Below, in pieces: positions 20,391 to 30,922 of a stretch of DNA of 64,000 bases. This DNA comes from an uncultured Chitinophagaceae bacterium (GTDB lineage: Bacteria > Bacteroidota > Ignavibacteria > UBA10030 > UBA8401). The notes beneath the pieces were generated by a model. It ran no database searches, was not told where the DNA came from, and worked only from the letters and a program-made list of their open reading frames with translations. How positions within the stretch are numbered: position 1 is the stretch's first letter; each line of letters opens with the position of its first letter. Position numbers and translations under genes: made by a program. The stretch covers positions 14,878 to 78,877 of the forward strand of contig CAYIXI010000001.1 in assembly GCA_964367235.1 (NCBI GenBank), written 5' to 3'.

Positions 20391-21725
20391 TTACATATTT
20401 TTAATTATTTCGTCGCCAAACTCGGAACATTTTACTTCGGTTGCATTTTCCATTTGTCGAGCAAAATCGTAAGTAACTTTTTTTGAAGCAATCGCGCCAT
20501 TGAGTCCTTTAATAATTAAATCGGCAACTTCAGTCCAACCGAGATAACGAAACATCATTTCGCCAGATAAAATTACGCTTCCCGGATTTACTTTATCGAG
20601 GTTTGCATATTTTGGCGCAGTGCCGTGCGTGGCTTCAAAAATCGCGTGGCCACTTATGTAATTTATATTTCCGCCGGGCGCAATTCCAATTCCGCCAACT
20701 TGTGCGGCAAGCGCATCGGATAAATAATCGCCATTTAAATTTAAAGTTGCGATGATATCAAAATCTTCCGGGCGAGTTAAAACTTGTTGCAAAGTTATAT
20801 CGGCGATTGCATCTTTGATTAAAATTTTTCCATTTGCCAATTCACTTTTTTGTTCGCGATTTGCTTCATCTTCGCCTTTTTCTTTTTTCGTTTTTTCCCA
20901 TTGATTCCAAGTGTAAACTTTGTCGCCAAATTTTTCTTCGGCAAGATTGTAACCCCAATCGCGAAATGCTCCTTCGGTGAACTTCATAATATTTCCTTTA
21001 TGGACAAAAGTTACCGATTTGCGTTTGTTTGTGATTGCATATTTTATTGCGGCGGTGATTAATCTTTCCGAGCCAAGTTTAGAAACAGGTTTAATTCCGA
21101 TTCCAACTTCGACAGAATCGTTTACGGCTTGTCCGATTTCATTTTGCCATTTCGAAATTTTTTCCGAAGTACCGAAACGAATTTTATCAAATTGTTTTGG
21201 AAATTCTTTTGCAAAAAAATCTAAAATCTTTTGGGACTCGATTGAGCCAGCAGTGTATTCAATCCCAGCATAAATATCTTCGGTGTTTTCGCGAAAAATA
21301 ATCATTTCAACTTTTTCCGGATGTTTAACTGGAGATGGAACTCCTTTAAAATATTGAACGGGACGAAGACAAACATACAAATCTAAAAGTTGACGAAGCG
21401 CGACATTAAGCGAACGAATTCCGCCACCGATTGGAGTTGTGAGTGGACCTTTTATTCCGACAAGATATTCGCGAAATGCATCAACTGTTTCATCGGGAAG
21501 CCAATTATTAAATTTTTTAAAAGCAGTTTCGCCAGCATAAACTTCTTTCCAAAATATTTTTTTATTTCCACCGTAAGCTTTTTCAACTGCGGCATCAAAA
21601 ACTTTTTGCGATGCACGCCAAATATCTGCGCCTGTGCCATCTCCTTCGATAAATGGAATGATTGGAAAATTTGGAACATTTAATATTTTATTTTGAATTG
21701 TAATTTTTTGACCAGAGGAATTCAT
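20391..21725 (-). CDS. icd: NADP-dependent isocitrate dehydrogenase (dimeric prokaryotic type)
   Basis: N-terminus [30 protein letters not shown] closely parallels E. coli Icd; 444 aa. Confidence 0.9.
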   Translation of the reverse strand: MNSSGQKITIQNKILNVPNFPIIPFIEGDGTGADIWRASQKVFDAAVEKAYGGNKKIFWKEVYAGETAFKKFNNWLPDETVDAFREYLVGIKGPLTTPIGGGIRSLNVALRQLLDLYVCLRPVQYFKGVPSPVKHPEKVEMIIFRENTEDIYAGIEYTAGSIESQKILDFFAKEFPKQFDKIRFGTSEKISKWQNEIGQAVNDSVEVGIGIKPVSKLGSERLITAAIKYAITNKRKSVTFVHKGNIMKFTEGAFRDWGYNLAEEKFGDKVYTWNQWEKTKKEKGEDEANREQKSELANGKILIKDAIADITLQQVLTRPEDFDIIATLNLNGDYLSDALAAQVGGIGIAPGGNINYISGHAIFEATHGTAPKYANLDKVNPGSVILSGEMMFRYLGWTEVADLIIKGLNGAIASKKVTYDFARQMENATEVKCSEFGDEIIKNM

Positions 21726-21737
21726 TTTTAACCTTGA

Positions 21738-22160
21738 TTATTTTTGGAGTGAAATTATTGAAGTACGAATTCTTTTTGCAAATTCTTTCTGCAAATCGCC
21801 TTCATATTTTTTAAGTTGCAAAACAAATTTTATGTTATCATCGGCATAACGAGGCGTAACATGAATGTGAAAATGAAAAACGGATTGCCCAGCGATTTCA
21901 CCATTGTTTGAAAAAAAATTAAACGCTTCGAGATTCAATTCTTTTACAAGCGCATTTGCGACAGTGTGAGTTGCCTCCATAATTCCTTGCAAATCGTCTT
22001 TATGGACATCGAGAAAATTTTTTGAATGCCGCTTCGGAATTATTAAAGCGTGCCCATAATGAATTGGATTTATATCAAGAATTGATAACGCTTGTTCGTT
22101 CTCAAATAATATTTCTGATGGGATTTCTCTGTTTATTATTTTGCAAAATATGCAGGACAT
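21738..22160 (-). CDS. HIT-family (histidine triad) nucleotide hydrolase
   Basis: HFHIHVTP histidine-triad motif; 140 aa. Confidence 0.8.
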   Translation of the reverse strand: MSCIFCKIINREIPSEILFENEQALSILDINPIHYGHALIIPKRHSKNFLDVHKDDLQGIMEATHTVANALVKELNLEAFNFFSNNGEIAGQSVFHFHIHVTPRYADDNIKFVLQLKKYEGDLQKEFAKRIRTSIISLQK

Positions 22161-22281
22161 AGTTTTTTATAATGATATTCTATTGAAAAATCTCTCGAAA
22201 AGCAATCGATTATATTTCATTGCATAAATTTTTAAAGTTTATTATATTTAGTCAGAAGTTTTAAAAAATCTTAAAGGAGAT

Positions 22282-23724
22282 TTGAAGATGAAAAATTTAT
22301 TTACAAAAGCAATAGTAATAGTTTTGATTTTTAATTTCATTGCATCTGCAACAATTTGGGATTCGATGGAAATGGCAAGCGCAAAACTTTATTTTAAACA
22401 AAAAAACTATCCAAAAGCGTTGGAATTTTTAAAAGCAGAAGTCTCAAAAAATCCGACGAGCGAAGATGGTTGGTTTTACATGGTTTTGGTTTATCACGAA
22501 CTTGGAGAAATCAAAAATTTAAAAGATGCATTCGATCACGCCGTAGTTTTAAATCCTAAAAAAGCAAAAGATTTAAACCAAATGCGAATTGTAGAATGGG
22601 CAAAATTATTTAACAAAGGTGTTGAAGATTTAAATAACGCAGTTGATTCGATTGGATTGGCAAAAGCAATTGAAAGTTTTGAATTGACTTGCTATGTAAT
22701 GCCTGAGTCGACTTTGAATTTTAGAAATCTTGCGCTTACATATTATAGAATGGGCGATTACGAAAATGCGATTCCAAATTTAATTATTGGTTCGGATAAT
22801 GGTAAAGATAATATGTCGGTTAAATTGATTGGAGATATTTATTTGGAGAAAGCGACAAATTTTAAAGAACAGTTTAATAATATCAACCAAGAAAATTTTG
22901 AGAAGATAAAAAATTTAGATATGATTCGTGAGAAAATTAAAAGTGCTGATGTTAAATATTATCTCGGACAACCAACTTCGATAAACAAGCCAAAAGGAAA
23001 AAAGAAAATCGAGGAGTGGAGTTATAGCAAGTACAATTTAAATTTAACTATTGAAGATGGAATCGTAACAGTTGTAAATAATCAATACAAGCCACAAATT
23101 GATTCGTCAAATTTGTATTTAGCGTTGGAATATTATGCTAAAGCTATTTCCATTTTACAAAAAGGAATTGAAACTTTTCCAAACGATGCAAAAATTTCTG
23201 AAACATTGATGAACAGCTTTATCGGCGCAGAAAGAAATGATGAAGCACGCTCGCTGTTGGAAACAAGAATTCAAAAATATCCCGATAGCAAATTTGATCA
23301 TTACAATCTCGGTGTATTTTTATTAAAGGAAAATAAATTTGAACAAGCAATTGCTTCTTTTGAAACATCTCTAAAACTCGATACAGCAATGAGTGCTGCG
23401 CGTTATAATCTTGCGGCGTCTTATGTCAACTGGGGAGTGAAGGAACAGGAACGAATCAAAAAAGAAGAACAAATTAGAGAAGAAGAAGAACTAAAATCAG
23501 ATAAAAAAAATAAAAATGCAAAAAAAGAAAAAAGAGAAATTGATAAATCGTATTTGGAAAAATATAAACTTGCTCTTCCTTATTTAGAAACTATTGTAAA
23601 AGATAAACCAGATGAAGTCCCAATGTGGGAATTGCTCGGACAAGTTTATGCAAATTTAAATGATATGAAAAAAGCGGACGAAGCGTATAAAAAAGCTGAC
23701 TTGATTCGCGAAGGGAAAAAATAA
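22282..23724 (+). CDS. Secreted TPR-repeat protein with K/E-rich low-complexity segment
   Basis: Signal peptide, multiple TPR-like repeats, KKEEQIREEEELKSDKKNKNAKKEK stretch; AAGGAGA RBS 8 nt upstream. Confidence 0.5.
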   Translation: MKMKNLFTKAIVIVLIFNFIASATIWDSMEMASAKLYFKQKNYPKALEFLKAEVSKNPTSEDGWFYMVLVYHELGEIKNLKDAFDHAVVLNPKKAKDLNQMRIVEWAKLFNKGVEDLNNAVDSIGLAKAIESFELTCYVMPESTLNFRNLALTYYRMGDYENAIPNLIIGSDNGKDNMSVKLIGDIYLEKATNFKEQFNNINQENFEKIKNLDMIREKIKSADVKYYLGQPTSINKPKGKKKIEEWSYSKYNLNLTIEDGIVTVVNNQYKPQIDSSNLYLALEYYAKAISILQKGIETFPNDAKISETLMNSFIGAERNDEARSLLETRIQKYPDSKFDHYNLGVFLLKENKFEQAIASFETSLKLDTAMSAARYNLAASYVNWGVKEQERIKKEEQIREEEELKSDKKNKNAKKEKREIDKSYLEKYKLALPYLETIVKDKPDEVPMWELLGQVYANLNDMKKADEAYKKADLIREGKK

Positions 23725-23734
23725 AAAGGAAAAC

Positions 23735-24058
23735 ATGTCACAACAACCACCACAACAAATAAATATAGAATTGGGCGAAAAAGAAGCCGAAGGAATTTAT
23801 TCGAACCTTGCAATCATTACTCACTCGCCAGCCGAGTTTGTAATTGATTTCACACGGATTTTGCCCGGTGTGCCGAAATCGAAAGTTTTTGCCAGAATAA
23901 TTATGACGCCACAGCATGCAAAATTATTATTGAATGCACTTGGCGATAATATTGAAAAATTTGAATCTAAATTTGGAGCGATTAATTTAGTTCAAGATGA
24001 AAAAATGCCACAAAATTTTGGATTCCAAATTACACAAAAAGATGAGAAAGTACATTAA
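23735..24058 (+). CDS. DUF3467-family small protein
   Basis: IELGEKEAEGIYSNLAIITHSPAEFVIDF ... MTPQHAKLL matches my recollection of DUF3467. Confidence 0.55.
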   Translation: MSQQPPQQINIELGEKEAEGIYSNLAIITHSPAEFVIDFTRILPGVPKSKVFARIIMTPQHAKLLLNALGDNIEKFESKFGAINLVQDEKMPQNFGFQITQKDEKVH

Positions 24059-24119
24059 TAATTTTTTTATAATAAAATTTTTAAAACATAAATGGAGTAA
24101 ATATTTTTCATTTGAAAAA

Positions 24120-26321
24120 ATGATTTTTGTTTTGTTCCCTTTTTTTATTTTTGGTTGCGTAAAAATTCTGACACCAAAACTTCCATCTTGGCAAACACAA
24201 CTTACAATTCCGCTGGTAGATAGAACTTTCACACTTGAAGATTTTATGAAAAAATCCTCCAGTCTTTTTATTGATTCAACAAATGGTGAAATCTCCTATA
24301 GGCCAGCAGAAATTCAAAACAAACCCGACACAATTAAGTTACCTTCATTTTCGCCTCAACCATCAAGAGTATCACAGGTTATAGGTCCATTACCGTGGCC
24401 AAATATAAATTTACCTCCATCAATCTCATCTTTTAAAAATATAACTGGGCAAGATCCTCCTGTTATTCCTTTTCCTGGAGCAGATATAATAGGAATTTTT
24501 ACTAAAGATGTTAATTTAGATATTTCTGGTCAATTAGATGTTTTTGATTTTGGAACTTTTGAAGATGGAAGTTTGGAAATAACTTTTATAAATACTTTTG
24601 CTTTTGGATTTAATTTTACAAACGGAATTGCAATAAGAAATAGAGATGATAACTCATTAGTTGCACAATATCCAGCATTTATTTTAGCGGCTGGTGAAAC
24701 AAAAAAAATGAGCGTAGTTGTAACTGGTAAAACCTTAAAAGATCAAATTAGCATTTCGGGTAATTTTCAAACGCAAAATATAACCGGTAAAATAATTACA
24801 TCATTAAATACAATTGCAATTTCAACACAAATTACTGGAAGTAGTGGAACAGGAAACGCTTCTTTATCGGAAGCAAAAATTTTATTTGTTGGTAATATTG
24901 ATCTTGTAAATCTTCCAAACGAATCGGATCAAATTTTAGATGACTCAACTTATTATAAAACCTTAGAGTTCAGTAAAGGTGGATTTGATATTAGAGTAGT
25001 TAATGGTACAAATTTTGGTGTTAAAGTTGTTTTCGAAATTAAAGAATTTATAAATAAATCTAGTAGTCAGCCATTTTTTATTAGTGGTACTTCAAAAGAG
25101 GCAACGATAAGTAAAAACGCCACTTTTTTGCGTGAAGTTCTTTTAGTCGATTATAAACTTCAAAGCCAGGAACTAAACAATGCGCCAACAAATAAAATTA
25201 ATTTTAATTTAAAAATACAAACTCTTATTCCGAGTTTTGTTGATAAAATTTTAGTTCGTAAAACAGATTCTGTTGTTGCTGAGATTGTACCAAAAAAAGA
25301 TAATCTTGGAAGTACAATTCCGTACAAACTACATAAAGTGCTTGGTAAAATAACACCTATTACAATAGCTATTGATCAAACTATGCCACTGGCAACTGGA
25401 GATTTTAAAACAAAATTTAAAGCCGATAGTATTATGTTTGATTCGCTTTATTTGGCTTATAAACTTTTTACTTCAGGTCTTTTTCCGACAGACATTTCTT
25501 TGAAAATTTACGCAATAAATAGTAATGGTATTAGGGGTGATTCGTTAACTTTGCCAACAAATTTTGTAATTCCAATTTCAGGTAAACAAGTTAGGAGAAT
25601 TTTACCTGGACAAATTGATTCAATTGTTTTTAATAAAAATAACAGTACGCTTGATAGATTTATATCATCATTTATTTCAAATGGGCAAGGGTTTTTCCCG
25701 GACTCAATTAGAATAAAAGGAACTGTAGAAATTAACCCGATTGATGTTTATAAAGACCCAAATTCTTTTGGCGGAGCGACTGACGGAGATACTGTTGTTA
25801 CTTCAGTTAGGTTTGCGTTTCCAATGAGGATAGGAATTAAAAATGGAACTTTGCGCGATACAACTATAATTGGTGATACAACAGCAAGCGGTACAGGTTC
25901 AAATAAAATTGATAAAGAAAGTTTATCAAATATTGTGCAAGGAAAAATTTTCTTCAGTATTGAAAATACATTTCCATTTCAAATTCAAATTAAAGCTGGC
26001 TTGTACGATAAAAGTAAAGATAATTTTTCAATACCCGATACTATAGCACTAATGTATTTACCGATGAATAAAGATACGATTTTAGTTGATAGTGCAAGAT
26101 ATAGTCAATCGCCTGTTCGCCCCGGAAAATCTTACACAGCATTTGCTTTAACTCCCGCAGATGTTGATAAATTTAATCCAGCTACTTTTATGACTCTTGC
26201 AATAAATATTCGCACTTCTGGCAATGGAGATAAAGCGGTTATTTTCAGAAAAGATAATTACCTGCATATCAAATCTTTTGCAAGTGTAACTTTTAATGTA
26301 GATTTCAATAAAAAGAAATAA
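24120..26321 (+). CDS. Large predicted lipoprotein (about 733 aa, beta-rich, no recognisable family)
   Basis: The track ORF starts at 23997 and overlaps DUF3467. The in-frame ATG at 24120 gives MIFVLFPFFIFGC with a lipobox-like FGC. The stop TAA directly abuts the ATG of the next gene. Confidence 0.45.
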   Translation: MIFVLFPFFIFGCVKILTPKLPSWQTQLTIPLVDRTFTLEDFMKKSSSLFIDSTNGEISYRPAEIQNKPDTIKLPSFSPQPSRVSQVIGPLPWPNINLPPSISSFKNITGQDPPVIPFPGADIIGIFTKDVNLDISGQLDVFDFGTFEDGSLEITFINTFAFGFNFTNGIAIRNRDDNSLVAQYPAFILAAGETKKMSVVVTGKTLKDQISISGNFQTQNITGKIITSLNTIAISTQITGSSGTGNASLSEAKILFVGNIDLVNLPNESDQILDDSTYYKTLEFSKGGFDIRVVNGTNFGVKVVFEIKEFINKSSSQPFFISGTSKEATISKNATFLREVLLVDYKLQSQELNNAPTNKINFNLKIQTLIPSFVDKILVRKTDSVVAEIVPKKDNLGSTIPYKLHKVLGKITPITIAIDQTMPLATGDFKTKFKADSIMFDSLYLAYKLFTSGLFPTDISLKIYAINSNGIRGDSLTLPTNFVIPISGKQVRRILPGQIDSIVFNKNNSTLDRFISSFISNGQGFFPDSIRIKGTVEINPIDVYKDPNSFGGATDGDTVVTSVRFAFPMRIGIKNGTLRDTTIIGDTTASGTGSNKIDKESLSNIVQGKIFFSIENTFPFQIQIKAGLYDKSKDNFSIPDTIALMYLPMNKDTILVDSARYSQSPVRPGKSYTAFALTPADVDKFNPATFMTLAINIRTSGNGDKAVIFRKDNYLHIKSFASVTFNVDFNKKK

Positions 26322-27767
26322 ATGAATCGTTCACTAAAAATTTTTATTTTTATTTTTATTTTTCAAAATATTTCTTTTGGAAACGAAAGAACATCGGCAC
26401 GCGGAATTGGAATGGCGCGAACTTTTGTAGTTACTTCTCGTGGTGTTGATGCGCTTGGAATAAATCCTGCAAATCTTTCTTACCTCGATAGAGGAAGTTA
26501 TACGACTATGTCGTTGTTGCCAATTGGCGTACGAGCTGGAAGTGATTTTATAAATTTTAAAGTCTACAACGATTATTTTACTGGCGACCCCGATAGTTTA
26601 GATAAAGATGGAAATAGAATTATTGGACGACGACTTGATGCAAATGATAAAGATGGAATTTTTAATCTTTTTCCAAGTGGAATTGCGCACACTCAATCTG
26701 ATTTTGACGCAATGCTTTTAGGATTTACTTCTATCGGTGGAAATTATGCAATTGGTTTTTCTGTTACCGAAAGATTTTCTGCTGGGCTTGATCTTCCCGA
26801 AGGATATTTAAAAATTCTTTTAAATGGATTTGAGGAAAAAGGCTCGGAACATACATTAAATAATACTAATTATGGCGTTAGATGGATGAGAGAATATAAT
26901 TATTCGTTCGCTTATCATTTTGCGAAAAATGTTAGTTTGTGGAAATTCCGAGACATCAGCGTTGGTATAAGTTACAAACCCGTGCAAGGATTTTATTACG
27001 CAGGCACCGATCATTATAATGGATCGCTTCAAAATAAAATTTATTACAATAAAGATAGTGTAAATTGGATTGACTCAATACAAATTATTGGAAATATAGA
27101 TTATGCGCAATTTCAATCTTCAATTCCAATTGATTCAATTTCGCAATTTCTTTTTAAACCTGCTGGAAAAGGAACAGGATTTGATATTGGTGTATCGGCA
27201 AAAATTATATCTGGTTGGCAATTTGGAATGAGTATTACAGATATTGGTTCGATACTTTGGTCGAAATCTCCAAAATATTCTTACGGAAAAGGAAATTTTA
27301 CAATTTCAGATTTGGGTAAAGCCGGACAACTTGATTCGCTCAAAAATAATTTTAAAGGAAAAACAATCGACACAACTTCTTTTAAAAGAAATTTGCCAAC
27401 AATAATTCATCTTGGCGCTGCAATTCAACTTGATGAATCTCCTTATGTGAATAGAAAAACTTTTGCAGGAAAATTATTATTAGAAGGAAATATTCATATT
27501 GGTTTAAATGATGAACCAGGCAATACAACACTACCTCGTTTTTCAGTTGGTGCAGAATATGTAATTCCTTCCCGTTGGGTTGATTGGTTGAGGATTAGAA
27601 GTGGGATGATGTTTGGTGGAAGAGAATTATTTTCGTGGTCTTTGGGAATTGGAATTGTAAATCCAGTTTTCGATTTTGATATTGGAACTGAAAGTATTGC
27701 ATTAATTATAACTCCAAATAGTTTCAGAAATGGTTCAGTCTCGATGGGTTTAAAAATCAGGATGTAG
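26322..27767 (+). CDS. FadL/TodX/PorV-like outer-membrane beta-barrel protein
   Basis: Signal peptide then SARGIGMARTFVVTSRGVDALGINPANL, the FadL-family hatch N-terminus (SxxGxGxA ... NPA); beta-strand-rich; C-terminal aromatic residues. Confidence 0.55.
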   Translation: MNRSLKIFIFIFIFQNISFGNERTSARGIGMARTFVVTSRGVDALGINPANLSYLDRGSYTTMSLLPIGVRAGSDFINFKVYNDYFTGDPDSLDKDGNRIIGRRLDANDKDGIFNLFPSGIAHTQSDFDAMLLGFTSIGGNYAIGFSVTERFSAGLDLPEGYLKILLNGFEEKGSEHTLNNTNYGVRWMREYNYSFAYHFAKNVSLWKFRDISVGISYKPVQGFYYAGTDHYNGSLQNKIYYNKDSVNWIDSIQIIGNIDYAQFQSSIPIDSISQFLFKPAGKGTGFDIGVSAKIISGWQFGMSITDIGSILWSKSPKYSYGKGNFTISDLGKAGQLDSLKNNFKGKTIDTTSFKRNLPTIIHLGAAIQLDESPYVNRKTFAGKLLLEGNIHIGLNDEPGNTTLPRFSVGAEYVIPSRWVDWLRIRSGMMFGGRELFSWSLGIGIVNPVFDFDIGTESIALIITPNSFRNGSVSMGLKIRM

Positions 27768-27772
27768 ATTTG

Positions 27773-27806
27773 TCTGCCTCTGGCAGATTAATCCGCCAGA
27801 GGCAGA
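27773..27806 (+). terminator. Hairpin terminator between convergent OMP gene and rpoN
   Basis: Perfect 12-bp stem TCTGCCTCTGGC / GCCAGAGGCAGA, 10-nt loop, then TTTATATTTTT. Confidence 0.65.
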
Positions 27807-27807
27807 T

Positions 27808-29217
27808 TTATATTTTTCTTCTTAATCGCGCAACAGGAATTTTTAACTTCTCACGATATTTCGCAACAGTTCTTCGAGCAATTTCAATCCCCTTATTTTT
27901 TAAAATTTGCCTGAGTTCGTCATCATTCAAAGGATTATTAGGATCCTCAGAATTTATATGTTGTTGCAAAATATTTTTCACTTCTTTGTTTGAAACATCT
28001 TCACCGTTATCAGTCGAAATTCTCTCACTAAAAAAATATCGAAGTGGAAAAATTCCAAAATCGGTTTGAACATATTTATTGTGAATAGCACGGCTGATTG
28101 TAGATTTATCTTTACGAATTATTTTTGAAATATCGTTGTAAACCAAAGGATGAATTTCGCCGCCGTTTAAAAAGAAATTATTTTGTTTTTCAACAATTGT
28201 CCCCATAATTTGCAACATCGTTTCTTGCCTTTGTTTAATAGCCATTATAAAGTTTTTTGCCGATTCTATTTTGCTTCTGATAAAATCCTTCGCCTCTTTG
28301 TTTGGTTTTTTTTGGTCGAGCAAAATATTTTTGTATTTCTGATTTACGCGAAGCGGCGGAATGTTTCGATTATTTAAATTTATAATTAATTCACCATCGT
28401 TATTTTGTATATAAAAATCTGGAACGATATAAATATTTTCATCAGAAATTTTACCTTCACCCGGTTTTGGATTTAAATGTGAAATCAAAGTTATTGCTTC
28501 TTTGATTTTTTGCATTGTGACATTTAATTTTTTCGCAATAACTTCGTAGTGTTTTTTTGAAAAATTATCATATTCCCGTTCAATTATATCTCTTGCAATT
28601 TTGATAATTGATTGATTCGCCTTGCTAAACTCCAATTGTACTAATAAACATTCTTTTAAATCTCTTGCACCAATCGCAATTGGTTCGGATCTCTGAATAT
28701 GAAATAAAACTTTCTCAGCTTCAGAAAACGAAACAGTAATTGAGTTTCGAAGTGTAATATCATTGATAATCAAAATCAAATCGCGTCGAAGATATCCATC
28801 ATCATCAATATTGCCAAGGACTTCACTTGCAATCAATAATTCTTTTTCAGTTAGATTTGAAAATTCCAATTGGGCATAAATTTGGTCAAGGAAAGAAATA
28901 TTTTCAATTTTTGGTGCTTCCCAATATTCACTTTGCGAGTTGGTTATTTTTTTCTCTCTGTATTCTGTCTCTTCCTGTTCGATTAAATCTTCAACTGTTA
29001 AATTATTTTCATTTTTTTCTTTTAAAGAATTATCAATCGGCTCGTTATCATCAGATTTTGTAGAAACTTCTTCGAGCAAAGGATTTAATTCTAACTCGTT
29101 TTTAAGATGGTCTTCAAGTTGAAGAATAGGCAAGTGCAACATCCATAAATATTGGATTTGAAGCGGAGAAAGTTTTTGTAATAATTTTTGCTCTTGAGCT
29201 AATTTATAATCGGACAT
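27808..29217 (-). CDS. rpoN: RNA polymerase sigma-54 factor
   Basis: C-terminal RpoN box ARRTVAKYRE, HTH region, N-terminal Q/L-rich activator-interaction region; 469 aa. Confidence 0.9.
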   Translation of the reverse strand: MSDYKLAQEQKLLQKLSPLQIQYLWMLHLPILQLEDHLKNELELNPLLEEVSTKSDDNEPIDNSLKEKNENNLTVEDLIEQEETEYREKKITNSQSEYWEAPKIENISFLDQIYAQLEFSNLTEKELLIASEVLGNIDDDGYLRRDLILIINDITLRNSITVSFSEAEKVLFHIQRSEPIAIGARDLKECLLVQLEFSKANQSIIKIARDIIEREYDNFSKKHYEVIAKKLNVTMQKIKEAITLISHLNPKPGEGKISDENIYIVPDFYIQNNDGELIINLNNRNIPPLRVNQKYKNILLDQKKPNKEAKDFIRSKIESAKNFIMAIKQRQETMLQIMGTIVEKQNNFFLNGGEIHPLVYNDISKIIRKDKSTISRAIHNKYVQTDFGIFPLRYFFSERISTDNGEDVSNKEVKNILQQHINSEDPNNPLNDDELRQILKNKGIEIARRTVAKYREKLKIPVARLRRKI

Positions 29218-29220
29218 TTT

Positions 29221-29778
29221 TTATTCCATGGATTTTAAATAATCATCTGAAACATTATTCCAATCATCGCCGAGAGCTCGAGTTAAGTGGATATCTAAAA
29301 ACGAATTCAATTTTACATTTTCTTTTTCACCTTTATCGAATGCTGAGGAACAAGCGTCAAAATATTCCAACTCTATTGTTGAATTAAAATCTTTAAGCCG
29401 AACAGGAAAAAGTGCACACGAAATTGGTTTTTGAAAATCAATTTCATTATTTCGAGATGCTTTTTCAATTGAACAATATGCAATTTCGTTTTGAAAAAAA
29501 ACAAAAGCGCACTGACCAGTTGGTAAACATTTTGTAGAAAAATTGTTTTGATTATTTTCGTAAAAGTTGTTTAGTTCAATAAAATCAATATGTTTTGGCG
29601 AAAGATAGTTTTTAACTATTGGATAAATTTTTTGCAATATTTCAACCTCTTCAAATTTTAATGGCGCGCCGTTTCCTCCTGGCGATGTGCAACAAGCCCC
29701 TTTACATATATTTAAATCGCACGAGAATTTATTTGTAAATAATTTTTCAGGGAAATTTATTTTAACACTTTCTTTCAT
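29221..29778 (-). CDS. Cys-rich hypothetical protein (possibly DUF3109-like)
   Basis: CDLNICKGACC ... CLPTGQCAF ... CSIE ... CALFP cysteine pattern; family recalled only loosely. Confidence 0.35.
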   Translation of the reverse strand: MKESVKINFPEKLFTNKFSCDLNICKGACCTSPGGNGAPLKFEEVEILQKIYPIVKNYLSPKHIDFIELNNFYENNQNNFSTKCLPTGQCAFVFFQNEIAYCSIEKASRNNEIDFQKPISCALFPVRLKDFNSTIELEYFDACSSAFDKGEKENVKLNSFLDIHLTRALGDDWNNVSDDYLKSME

Positions 29779-29818
29779 CTCTTTGCAAAGATAAAGAAAT
29801 ATTGAAATATAAACTATC

Positions 29819-30922
29819 TTAAATATCCCGAACGAAATATTTACCTGGAAGTTGTCGTATCAACGATTTAAATTCCAAATTTAAAAGATGAACATGAGTT
29901 TCAGCGATTGGGATTGATAAATTTTCAGAAATCGAATCAATATGAATTGGTTCGTTACTTAAAATTTCAAAAATCTTTTGCTCAAAAATTGAAAGCTGTT
30001 GGACTTGTTCGATTTTAATTTTAGAATTCTCGCTGGAAATAAAATATTCATCAAGTATATCCTTTCCATTTTGAATTAATTTTGCAGAGGATTGTTTGAT
30101 TAATAAATTTGTGCCAGTACTAAATTGGCTCGTAACATTTCCAGGAACGCAAAATACATCACGGTTTTGATCAATTGCATATCGTGCGGTTATCATTGCG
30201 CCACCTTTGATTGATGACTCGACTAAGACAACTCCATTTGATAGTCCGCTGATAATTCTATTTCTTCTCGGAAAATTTCTCGAATCGGGTTTTGTTCCGA
30301 AATAAAATTCAGAAACAATTGCTCCATTTTCAGAAATAATTTCTGCTAATTTATTATTTTCAGATGGATAAATAATATCGAGTCCTGTGCCGAGCACTGC
30401 AATAGTTTTGCCTTTTGATTTTAATGCGAAATTGTGTGCAATCGTATCAATGCCACGGGCTAATCCGCTGATTACGGTTATTCCATTTTCGGCAAGCGAA
30501 GTAGAAATATCTTCGGCAATCTTTTTTCCGTAATGAGTTGGTGATCGTGTTCCAACAATAGCAATCGAAATAATATTTTTAAAATTTAATTCTCCGTGAA
30601 AAAATAAAAATGGTGGAGGATCATAAATATTTTTTAAGAGAGTCGGGTAATCATCATCCCAAAGAGTAATAATTTGCGAATTTGTTTTTGAAAATTGTTC
30701 GAATTGATCATCTATAAATTTATTCAAATCATCGCGATGTAAGATATTGCGAGCAAGTATTTCATCAATGCCATCAACCAAAATTAAATCTTGTAATGAG
30801 GCTTTAAATACATCGTTACATGTGCCAAATTTTTGTAAAAGATTTTTTAAGCGGTAAATTCCAACGCCCGGAACAAGTGCAAGTTCAAATAATTCACGAT
30901 ATCGTGGATCGTGGATTGACAT
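29819..30922 (-). CDS. dprA: DNA-processing protein DprA
   Basis: Rossmann-like DprA core VGTRSPTHYGKKIAEDIS ... ISGLARGIDTIAH ... AVLGTGLDIIYP. Confidence 0.85.
   Translation of the reverse strand: MSIHDPRYRELFELALVPGVGIYRLKNLLQKFGTCNDVFKASLQDLILVDGIDEILARNILHRDDLNKFIDDQFEQFSKTNSQIITLWDDDYPTLLKNIYDPPPFLFFHGELNFKNIISIAIVGTRSPTHYGKKIAEDISTSLAENGITVISGLARGIDTIAHNFALKSKGKTIAVLGTGLDIIYPSENNKLAEIISENGAIVSEFYFGTKPDSRNFPRRNRIISGLSNGVVLVESSIKGGAMITARYAIDQNRDVFCVPGNVTSQFSTGTNLLIKQSSAKLIQNGKDILDEYFISSENSKIKIEQVQQLSIFEQKIFEILSNEPIHIDSISENLSIPIAETHVHLLNLEFKSLIRQLPGKYFVRDI

Noticed and set aside
23987-24232. 81-aa minus-strand ORF across the DUF3467/lipoprotein junction
   Set aside because: It is antisense to two better-supported + strand genes and has a low-complexity translation.
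26340-26366. TTTTTA x3 tandem repeat
   Set aside because: It encodes the hydrophobic IFIFIFIF core of a signal peptide; a low-complexity coding sequence, not a regulatory or CRISPR-like repeat.
27781-27800. TGGCAG ... GCC resembling a sigma-54 -24/-12 promoter
   Set aside because: The GG-to-GC spacing is wrong, and the sequence is simply one arm of the perfect 12-bp terminator hairpin.
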